Assembly: GCA_964618805.1 (NCBI GenBank)
Contig: CAZUBM010000034.1
Location: 1 to 14,996, forward strand
Source: an uncultured Nitrososphaerota archaeon
GTDB taxonomy: Archaea > Korarchaeota > Korarchaeia > Korarchaeales > Korarchaeaceae
DNA length: 14,996 nt
Reading direction: 5' to 3'
The first letter of the stretch is position 1; every line of letters begins with the position of its first letter. Positions 8,188 to 14,996 of the stretch are shown one piece after another. Below the pieces are notes generated by a model. It was given only the letters and a program-made list of their open reading frames with translations, searched no databases and had not been told where the DNA came from. A program made the translations under genes and the position numbers.

Positions 8188-8216
8188 CTGTTATCCCCTA
8201 GAATACTAGAAGCCAG

Positions 8217-8230
8217 ATATATTATTTTTC
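8217..8230 (-). promoter_or_regulatory. Candidate BRE+TATA promoter for hxlB
   Basis: Minus strand reads GAAAAA TAATATAT, about 30-43 nt upstream of the proposed CTG start. Confidence 0.4.
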
Positions 8231-8394
8231 TCATGTGCTATCTAGCTAACATCTTCTAGAAGCACATAAGTGTTGAAAAAGCTAGAAATTATCTTCTTAT
8301 GAATCAATGTCCCTTTTCTGTTGTCAAAATTCTTCCTCGTTCCCTTAACAGCCAACGAGATAATTATATTTTCTACTAAATTCCTAACAAGAGG

Positions 8395-8709
8395 ATGCTT
8401 CAAATACATCTAGCAAGGAAGGAGGACTTTATTAAAATAATGAAAGAATGCCTTTCAGAAACTAGAAGAAAGATAATCCTCTTTTGGAAAGAGAAAACAG
8501 AAGAGAACAATGATGGAGAAAAAAGAGTTCTTCTACTCGTTCCTATATTTTATCCTGGCGTTGGAGAGTGGATATTGTGGTGCTACAGTCAAAGTTTGAA
8601 GGGGGAAGGGCCCGAGGACATAGCTAAAAAATTTGCAAAGGAAATTGGTATAACGCACACAGCTGAAGTAATCAAAATATCTACAAATGGTGAAGAGCTA
8701 GACGTTTAG
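8395..8709 (+). CDS. Hypothetical protein, 104 aa
   Basis: ATG start with a TATA-like TAATTATATT at 8361-8370 and plausible amino-acid composition. It fills otherwise empty space and its stop overlaps the GTPase stop. No family recognised. Confidence 0.6.
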   Translation: MLQIHLARKEDFIKIMKECLSETRRKIILFWKEKTEENNDGEKRVLLLVPIFYPGVGEWILWCYSQSLKGEGPEDIAKKFAKEIGITHTAEVIKISTNGEELDV

Positions 8710-9209
8710 ATCAGACCTTCTTTTCGCAAGATCGTCTCAACAAGACTTCTAACCGCCCCATTTATGTTCTCTCCAGTGAGGGCACTTGTATTGAGGTAAC
8801 CAACGAAGCCCAATTCGCGCACATACTTCATAGGATCTCCAGAGATCTTTACCCCTAAATCGCTCTTTGTCCCTATGAGAAGCATAGGTACATCACCAAG
8901 ATTGTCTCTAACCTCCTTCACCCATCCCAGCACATCTCTGAAACTTCTCTCGTTCACTAAGCTGAAGGCTACAAATCCACCGGAACTTCCCTTATAGAAG
9001 CCTGGTCTCATTAGACCAAACCTCTCCTGACCTGCTAAATCCCAAATCACTAGACGAATGAGGTATCTCTCAATGATTTGGTGCTTTGAGTAGAAACCTA
9101 CGCTAATTGTAGTCTTATAGCTCTTATCAAAACTTCCCAATGCAAATCTCCTGCAAAAAGAGGTCTTACCTACCCTAGGATTGCCGCAAACAAAGAGTTT
9201 TATTGGCAT
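8706..9209 (-). CDS. Ras-superfamily, Rab-like small GTPase
   Basis: G1 GNPRVGKT, G2 YKTTI, G3 WDLAGQERF, G4 GTKSD, G5 TSALTG. I prefer the ATG at 9209 (MPIKLFVCG, preceded by AGGGGG; 167 aa) over the track's TTG at 9299. Confidence 0.88.
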   Translation of the reverse strand: MPIKLFVCGNPRVGKTSFCRRFALGSFDKSYKTTISVGFYSKHQIIERYLIRLVIWDLAGQERFGLMRPGFYKGSSGGFVAFSLVNERSFRDVLGWVKEVRDNLGDVPMLLIGTKSDLGVKISGDPMKYVRELGFVGYLNTSALTGENINGAVRSLVETILRKEGLI

Positions 9210-9295
9210 CGTCCCCCTAAGGAGGTTTACTTCACCTAGAATTTCTACAGCTCTATCTTGCCCAAAAGCTAGGAGAGCTCTTTCATAAAGCGCGC

Positions 9296-9624
9296 GCAAG
9301 GTCAGTTGGCAGCGGGGATGTAAAAGTTCTTTCTACCCTTCTATGATAGCATTTATAGAGGCGGTTTCAAGGGACCTGGTGCAGCCGTATCTTAGAGAGG
9401 GCTACACCACCGTCGGGACCTATGTCAATGTAAGACACCTTAGCCCAGCACCAGTGGGTCGGGAGATAGTCGTAAAGTCTGAGCTGGTTGCTGTGGATGG
9501 AAGAAAGCTTATTTTTAAGGTAGAAGCGTTCTGGAGGGGAAATAAGATAGGAGAGGGGAAACACGAGTGGTACATAGTTAATTTAGAGCGCTTCATATAT
9601 AAAATCAGGAAAATTATGAGTTAG
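9296..9624 (+). pseudogene. FlK-type (hot-dog fold) thioesterase, 5'-truncated and frameshifted
   Basis: One frame reads ARSVGSGDVKVLST (9296-9337) and then hits TGA at 9344. The family motif continues as PSMIAFIE...TTVGTYVNVRHLSPAPVG in another frame, i.e. one C is missing at 9336-9338. There is no ATG/GTG/TTG in the upstream frame back to TAA 9218-9220. Confidence 0.72.
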
Positions 9625-9626
9625 AA

Positions 9627-10976
9627 TCACCTTTGCCTGAACTTTAAAGCAAACAAAGATACTGCTAAAGAAATCGAAATGGAAATCAAAAAGAGACTTA
9701 ATAAATGAGTTCTACTCCCCTTAAGATCTTCCTTTAATTCCATAGCCATTGACAGAGCCTGCTGGCTAAAAGAAAGACCTCTTGTGAACTCACCCTTATC
9801 CAGCTCTTTTAAGGATTCGTTTATGAGATATCTGATTTCCTCGATATTAGAGCTATTTGCAACTTTATCCAGATGAAAGAGAATCTCTTCGGTTTTGCGA
9901 ATCAATAATAGGGCTTTTTGAGCCTCAAGTATGGGAACCCATGTAGCCATGACCCTTAGTTCCACATCTCTTGTCTCAGAATCAAGAACTGGTAGGTAAC
10001 TCCATCCCAGATACTTAGAATTCCCGCCTCTCTTTACAAAGGCAAAGAATGTATCAGTTAATGAGAAGAGAAAATCTCTGGTATAAGGTCCATCGTCATA
10101 AGTTATGTCTACGGGAAGCCAACCGTAGTTCGGAATATAAACCTCTGCCCACCTATGGAACGTGTAGTCCACTAATTCTGCCCTAAGAGACGTACCAGAA
10201 AGACTTGGGTCTATAGCAGTACCTCCAACAAACCTTGCTGGTATACCGGCCGCTCTACAAAGAGCAATAAATACGAACACATATTCTGAGCAAGATCCCT
10301 CTCCTTTACTCAAAGTAGTCGGCGCATCATCCCATCTTGCGTCCAGTTTATAGCTAAGCTTCTCAATAACATAATCGTGGATGCGCATCACCATTTCATA
10401 AATGTTTTTCTCACCTTTAACAGCCTCTCTGACGGATGAAATGATAATAGGGTCGTGAATTTTGTACATCTCTTCGTCTCTCGTATAAAGTGATCTTATT
10501 TCCTCTGAAATGTCATCTAGAGACCCGGCTTTTCCACGTTCTACGTCATATTTAAGTGAAACAAGCTTTACTGTGCAGGACATGATTATCTGACTAATCT
10601 CACCCGCTTTTAAGGAAGAAATCCTGAATCTTGCTACGCTTTGGTTCCATTCATCCCGAAGTATCTCATCAGGATCTCTGTTGAAGCTAAAGGAAATCAC
10701 TTTCTGATTCTCCGCATCACAAGGTATGGGAAAGTAAACGTCAAAGGGTTCATTGATCTCTCTGTCGCTAAAGAGGTAAGCAGCTAGGGTGACATTAACA
10801 TATCTAAGATCTTGGATAGGAGATCTTATACTTTCAGATAAAGGAGTATGGGACCTCATCCCAATTACAAGAAGCATTATACCTAAGACGATGAAGAGCA
10901 ACGCCCTTTCTCTTTCAAGGTCTTTTAACATCCTTGATGTACTTGTAAATGCGTCCTTATTACATTTAAAGGACAT
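9627..10976 (-). CDS. Membrane-anchored transglutaminase-like protein (N- and C-terminal TM)
   Basis: GSCSEYVFVFIALCRAAGIPARFVGG and HRWAEVYIPNYGWLPVDIT give an intact Cys-His-Asp triad. Hydrophobic segments at both ends, with a helical stalk before the C-terminal TM. The true start may be the ATG at 10931. Confidence 0.88.
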   Translation of the reverse strand: MSFKCNKDAFTSTSRMLKDLERERALLFIVLGIMLLVIGMRSHTPLSESIRSPIQDLRYVNVTLAAYLFSDREINEPFDVYFPIPCDAENQKVISFSFNRDPDEILRDEWNQSVARFRISSLKAGEISQIIMSCTVKLVSLKYDVERGKAGSLDDISEEIRSLYTRDEEMYKIHDPIIISSVREAVKGEKNIYEMVMRIHDYVIEKLSYKLDARWDDAPTTLSKGEGSCSEYVFVFIALCRAAGIPARFVGGTAIDPSLSGTSLRAELVDYTFHRWAEVYIPNYGWLPVDITYDDGPYTRDFLFSLTDTFFAFVKRGGNSKYLGWSYLPVLDSETRDVELRVMATWVPILEAQKALLLIRKTEEILFHLDKVANSSNIEEIRYLINESLKELDKGEFTRGLSFSQQALSMAMELKEDLKGSRTHLLSLFLISISISLAVSLFALKFRQR

Positions 10977-11032
10977 CGTCAGCTGTAGATCTGATGTCCT
11001 TTTTATGGTAAGAAGATCTAGTAAGATTTGAA

Positions 11033-11605
11033 ATGATATTTAGACATGGTGAGGTCTTGATACAGATTTTTGAAGGGGATATAACTGAAATAAGCGTAGA
11101 TGCAATCGTAAACCCTGCCAATTCCCAACTTCTAATGGGAGGAGGCGTTGCTGGAGCTATTAAGAGAAAAGGAGGCATAGTTATAGAGAAAGAAGCAAGA
11201 AAAATGGCTCCAGTAGACATAGGTGATGCTGTAGTTACATCAGCTGGAAAGCTTCCTGCAAAATGGGTTATACATGCTCCTACAGTCAGACGTCCAGCAG
11301 GAAGAGCGTCTTTCGAATCAGTTTCTCTAGCTACAAAAGCTGCCTTAAGAGCTGCAGAAAAGATTGGCGCTCGTTCCGTAGCCTTTCCTGCTATGGGAGC
11401 TGGAGTGGGCGGACTTGGTATAGCAGAAGCTGTTCAAGCTATGCTTGCAGAAATAACATCACACATAGATGGTGGAACTGGACTTGAAAAAATCATATTG
11501 GTTGCCTGGGGACAAAAAGCCTTGAAAGAGTTCATGAGCGCTGCCAAAAGCGTGCTGGAGCCCTATGGTCTAAACTATTCTCAAGCACACGACATAAGGA
11601 TGTAA
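11033..11605 (+). CDS. Macrodomain protein (MacroD-type; ADP-ribose binding/hydrolase)
   Basis: GDITEISVDAIVNPANSQLLMGGGVAGAI, VIHAPT and AFPAMGAGVGG motifs. TATA-like CTTTTTAT about 27-34 nt upstream suggests a leaderless transcript. Confidence 0.93.
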   Translation: MIFRHGEVLIQIFEGDITEISVDAIVNPANSQLLMGGGVAGAIKRKGGIVIEKEARKMAPVDIGDAVVTSAGKLPAKWVIHAPTVRRPAGRASFESVSLATKAALRAAEKIGARSVAFPAMGAGVGGLGIAEAVQAMLAEITSHIDGGTGLEKIILVAWGQKALKEFMSAAKSVLEPYGLNYSQAHDIRM

Positions 11606-11674
11606 AGTTAATGCATGTTTAATGAAGATAGATTGCTCTCGATATGTTGTTATTATACAAACCCAATTTTGGCT

Positions 11675-12787
11675 TTAACCAACCCTCTCTCTCCTAACAG
11701 CTACCTTCTCTAACATATCCTCCTTAACTTCGATCCCAATTCCTGGATCTCTTGGAACGCTCATGGTTCCATCAGGTTTAAGTCTCCACTCTGGTTCTAC
11801 GATATCTTCTTTGAAATATCTAGAGCTCGCAGAAATGTCATTAGGGAATCTCACTCCTGGGAGCGAGGCCATAGCTACGAGGAAACCTCTCCCTATTCCA
11901 GTTTCTAGCATACCGCCTATCCATATTGGCAGCCCTAGGCTCAGACATAAATCATGAATCTCCAATCCTTTAGTGATCCCACCAACTCTAGAAGGTTTCA
12001 AGTTTATTATTTCACAACTCCCAAGTAGGTAAGCGGCCTTGACGTCATGAATGCTCTTTATGCTTTCATCCAAGCAGATCGGGGTTGAGATCTTCCTAGC
12101 TAGCTGAGAGTGATCTGCAAGATCGTCCTCATGTAATGGTTGCTCTATCATAAGTAAGTCAAATTGATCAAGCTTCTTTAGCGACAAATAATCATCAAGT
12201 GTGTACGCAGCGTTTGCATCCACCTGAAGAGGTATATCTGGATACTCCTTTCTAACCCTCTTTAGCACCTCCACGTCCCACCCAGGCTTTATCTTCAACT
12301 TAATCCTCATGTAACCCTCTTCTAGCCTTTTTTCAATTGTTCTCAACAGTTCATCTACGTTCTTCTTGATCCCTATGCTTATTCCTGAAAGTATCCTATC
12401 TCTAACGCCACCTAGCATTTTAGAAAGACTTTTTCCTTCAAGTTTTGCTTTTAGATCCCACAATGCCTTGTCTATCCCTGCCTTAGCTATGTTATGGCCT
12501 CTAACTCTCTTCCCTATCCCTTTCCATAACTCTTCAGGCCCCTCAATCTCTGATCCTACCAATTCAGGAGAAATGAAGTCCTTCAAGATATGCCAAGCAG
12601 TCTGGCTCGTTTCGTAGCTATACCAAGGACCTTCCATTATAGGAGACTCTCCCCAGCCTACTTCGCCGTTTTCTTCCTCAATTCTAACTATTACTGTTTC
12701 TCTATGTGTCTCAACACCAAAACTAGTTTCAAAAGGACTAACTAACTCCATTCTCACGAGGTAAAGATCTATATTCCTGATCTTCAA
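11675..12787 (-). CDS. menC: o-succinylbenzoate synthase / N-succinylamino acid racemase (NSAR/OSBS subfamily, enolase superfamily)
   Basis: Minus strand (track says +): CAA at 12785-12787 is the TTG start and TTA at 11675-11677 is the TAA stop. Motifs PFETSFG, YSYET, KLKIKPGWD, VDAN, IEQP, LDES, NLKPSRVGG, GGMLETGIGR. Confidence 0.92.
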   Translation of the reverse strand: MKIRNIDLYLVRMELVSPFETSFGVETHRETVIVRIEEENGEVGWGESPIMEGPWYSYETSQTAWHILKDFISPELVGSEIEGPEELWKGIGKRVRGHNIAKAGIDKALWDLKAKLEGKSLSKMLGGVRDRILSGISIGIKKNVDELLRTIEKRLEEGYMRIKLKIKPGWDVEVLKRVRKEYPDIPLQVDANAAYTLDDYLSLKKLDQFDLLMIEQPLHEDDLADHSQLARKISTPICLDESIKSIHDVKAAYLLGSCEIINLKPSRVGGITKGLEIHDLCLSLGLPIWIGGMLETGIGRGFLVAMASLPGVRFPNDISASSRYFKEDIVEPEWRLKPDGTMSVPRDPGIGIEVKEDMLEKVAVRRERVG

Positions 12788-12789
12788 TT

Positions 12790-13716
12790 CTAAGCATCTC
12801 CTAAAAGCCTATCCTCCAAAATATCTTTAAGATCAGCCTTCCACAACACGTGGAAGGACCTTCTCTCCTCTAATGACTTAACGAACTCAACTGCCCAATA
12901 GCCTTTTGAAAAGTAGTGTTGTACAGTTGATGCGAATACATCCCTCCATGTTCTCACAAGCTTCAGACCTCCCTCATCCCTGACCCTTCTAATGCTCCAA
13001 GGGATTTCCAGAAGCACAATGTCCGAATCGGGAAACCTTTCTCTCAAAATCGGTTTCCTAAGCGGTTCTTCTCCCTCCGTGTTATAGGCGAATTGAGCTC
13101 CTCTTTCGATCAAATCATCAAGCGTAATCTCAGATTTACCCTTTCCCAGCCTCGTTAGAACCCTCTTACTCTTTAGGTGCCACTGAACCTTATATCTGTC
13201 GCTTCTCATCCCTCTATTTATCTCATCTCTTATAATTCCGTAGTGATTCCAGAGGAATTTGTTGCAGATCACTCCTAGCTTTGACAGGTTAAAGTAAGAG
13301 TTCAGCCCTTGAAGGGGATCAAATGTCCACTCGATTATATCTATTCCTTTCTGAAGAGCGGCCTTTCTCTGAGCTAGTTTCAGTCTATATCCTATTCCTA
13401 AGCCCTGAAGTTCTCTTATAACGCCAGTTATATGGGATAGGATGAACTTCCTTCCATTCCTTTCACCGAGAAGAGAGACGACACAACCAAATGCTTTTCC
13501 CGAATTTCTGTCAAAAGCTCCTAGAATAACCCCACCAGCATCCTGAATTCCTCTTATTATGTGTCCAGGGATTATCTCTATGGGATCCATGCCCCAAGCC
13601 TTAATCTGAACCTCCTCGAAAGCCTCAATTTCACTCCAGTTTGTTGGTTCCCTTATCTCAATCTTCCATAAGTTGCCAGCCCTATCCCTTACGTCAAATA
13701 CCTCGAAGACTTCCAT
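12790..13716 (-). CDS. GNAT-family acyltransferase, probable D-amino acid N-succinyltransferase type
   Basis: GGVILGAF, SHITGV...QGLGIGYRLKLAQR, WTFDPLQGLNSYFNLSKLG, NHYG and SDR motifs. Ends 2 nt before the NSAR/OSBS start. Confidence 0.85.
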   Translation of the reverse strand: MEVFEVFDVRDRAGNLWKIEIREPTNWSEIEAFEEVQIKAWGMDPIEIIPGHIIRGIQDAGGVILGAFDRNSGKAFGCVVSLLGERNGRKFILSHITGVIRELQGLGIGYRLKLAQRKAALQKGIDIIEWTFDPLQGLNSYFNLSKLGVICNKFLWNHYGIIRDEINRGMRSDRYKVQWHLKSKRVLTRLGKGKSEITLDDLIERGAQFAYNTEGEEPLRKPILRERFPDSDIVLLEIPWSIRRVRDEGGLKLVRTWRDVFASTVQHYFSKGYWAVEFVKSLEERRSFHVLWKADLKDILEDRLLGDA

Positions 13717-13741
13717 ACTTGAAGTGATTTACATTCTTAGC

Positions 13742-13752
13742 TTTTATTTTAA
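13742..13752 (-). promoter_or_regulatory. Candidate TATA-like element for the GNAT-NSAR pair
   Basis: Minus strand reads TTAAAATAAAA, 26-36 nt upstream of the ATG at 13716; no SD is visible. Confidence 0.3.
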
Positions 13753-13775
13753 TCTATTACTTTGCCTTAGAAGAG

Positions 13776-14984
13776 CTAATGTCCTCCTCTTTGGGCTTCT
13801 TCCCTAATTTCTTCCAAGATCCTTATCATCTCTGGCACTATCTCATAGAGATCTCCTACTGCACCAAATCTGGCGTAATCGAATATCCTCGCGCTAGGAT
13901 CCTTGTTTATGGCAACAATAACCTCTGAGTTCTTCATTCCGGCGAGGTGCTGTACACTCCCAGAAATCCCGCAGGCGATGTAGAGCTTTGGTCTGACCGT
14001 TTTTCCGCTTAACCCCACCTGTCTGCTCTTTGGCATCCATCCCTTATCAACAACATTCCTGCTTGCAGCTACTGTGCCTCCAAGAAGATTTGCCAACTCT
14101 TCAAGGAGCTTGAAGTCTTCAGGAGCTCTAAGCCCCCCACCTCCTGCAACAATAATTTCTGCATCCTCGATGCTCTGCCCTTCCTCTACAACCTCTTTTA
14201 ACACCCTAGTTCTATCCCGTAAGTTCGCTGGAATTTTTCTCTCTATGACCAAGCCCTTTCTATTTGGATCCTCTTCTGCCTCCTTCATCACCCTGTATCT
14301 GACCGTTGCCATCTGCGGCCTTCTTTCCCTGCAAACAATGGTTGCCATTATGTTCCCACCGTATGCTGGCCTAATTTGGATCAAATTCCCTTCCTCATCG
14401 ATGTCTAGGCCTGTACAATCGGCTGTTAGCCCCGTTTTAAGTCTTGCTGCTATTACTGGAGCAAGAGCCCTTCCAAAGCTTGTTCCACCCATGAGAAGTA
14501 TGCTAGGCATCTCTGCTCTGACAGCATCCATGATGATATCGGCATAGGGATCCTCCCTCAAAGTCCCAAGCCTTTCATCATCGTAAACTAAGACTTTATC
14601 TGCCCCCCTTCTTATTAGACTCTCCGCCTCTCCTCTAACGTCTTTTCCTATGAGAACACAGCTTAACTCCTCTCCCAATTTATCGGCCAGGATCCTTCCA
14701 ATCCATAGAAGTTCGTAGGTTATCCTATGAATTTTCCCACGTCTTTGTTCAGCTACAACCATAACTCCTCTATACCTTGACTTATCCTCAATCTCTCTTG
14801 AGACTTCCAAGAGCTCTAGAGCCCCTTCATTGCAAGCAGATATGCAAACTCCACAAAGCTGGCAGCAATCTTTATCTATCCTAGCCTTTCCCTCAACAAG
14901 AGTAATGCAAGCATAGGGACAAGCACCAACGCAAGCGCCGCATCCTGTGCATTTCTCCTTTATCACTCTTATGGATGCAACCAT
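13776..14984 (-). CDS. etfA: Electron transfer flavoprotein alpha subunit with N-terminal 2x[4Fe-4S] ferredoxin domain
   Basis: CTGCGACVGACP and CQLCGVCISAC; TGLTADCT, RPAYGGNIMATI, RPQMATVR, QVGLSGKTVRPKLYIACGISGSVQHLAGM, AINKD. Confidence 0.95.
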   Translation of the reverse strand: MVASIRVIKEKCTGCGACVGACPYACITLVEGKARIDKDCCQLCGVCISACNEGALELLEVSREIEDKSRYRGVMVVAEQRRGKIHRITYELLWIGRILADKLGEELSCVLIGKDVRGEAESLIRRGADKVLVYDDERLGTLREDPYADIIMDAVRAEMPSILLMGGTSFGRALAPVIAARLKTGLTADCTGLDIDEEGNLIQIRPAYGGNIMATIVCRERRPQMATVRYRVMKEAEEDPNRKGLVIERKIPANLRDRTRVLKEVVEEGQSIEDAEIIVAGGGGLRAPEDFKLLEELANLLGGTVAASRNVVDKGWMPKSRQVGLSGKTVRPKLYIACGISGSVQHLAGMKNSEVIVAINKDPSARIFDYARFGAVGDLYEIVPEMIRILEEIREEAQRGGH

Positions 14985-14988
14985 CTCA

Positions 14989-14995
14989 TCACCTC
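14989..14995 (-). promoter_or_regulatory. Shine-Dalgarno site (GAGGTGA) for etfA
   Basis: Minus strand reads TGAGGTGATGAG-ATG, implying etfA is a downstream gene of an operon that starts beyond the window. Confidence 0.75.
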
Positions 14996-14996
14996 A

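Noticed and set aside
8195-8290. Four CTAGAA copies in the hxlB/orphan intergenic region
   Set aside because: CTAG is visibly common throughout the window and the spacing is irregular, so this cannot be distinguished from compositional bias without counting.
9210-9299. 30-aa N-terminal extension of the GTPase from TTG 9299
   Set aside because: It is not part of the G domain, it overlaps the thioesterase remnant, and ATG 9209 has a G-rich SD-like sequence and gives a typical domain start. Not strictly excluded.
9326-9346. Programmed ribosomal frameshift in the thioesterase
   Set aside because: There is no canonical slippery heptamer, no start codon in the upstream frame, and an additional Arg-to-Trp lesion. 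Decay or a sequencing error is more parsimonious.
885-14547. Shadow ORFs in the track (885-1325, 1588-1800, 3043-3282, 4135-4353, 4411-4611, 5147-5425, 5422-5667, 5700-5921, 7270-7536, 7565-7759, 8012-8209, 9367-9564, 10789-11031, 10966-11220, 11263-11487, 11763-11957, 12366-12617, 14074-14547)
   Set aside because: All lie antisense or out of frame to well-supported genes, and have Ser/Pro/Phe-skewed composition with no recognisable motifs.

Overview
Gene-dense window, most likely from a thermophilic archaeon (GGTGA/GGAGG Shine-Dalgarno sites, TATA-like boxes ~25-35 nt before starts, E/K/R/I/V-rich proteins, many N-glycosylation sequons in exported proteins). In order: 3' end of adenine deaminase; a divergent SAMHD1-like HD hydrolase; an exported D-glucuronyl C5-epimerase-like protein; RNA 2'-phosphotransferase (KptA/Tpt1); an unannotated 53-aa membrane protein; an MBL-fold hydrolase; a transglutaminase-like protein paired with a membrane-anchored exported protein; a CDF metal transporter; 6-phospho-3-hexuloisomerase (probably CTG start); a 104-aa orphan; a Rab-like small GTPase; a frameshifted, 5'-truncated FlK-type thioesterase; a second transglutaminase-like protein; a MacroD-type macrodomain; and a minus-strand run of ferredoxin-fused EtfA, a GNAT acyltransferase and an NSAR/OSBS enolase-superfamily enzyme. 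The ORF track gives the wrong strand for 11675..12787: it is on the minus strand, which places it 2 nt downstream of the GNAT gene. I found no rRNA, tRNA, CRISPR array or mobile element. All family calls are from motif recognition only.
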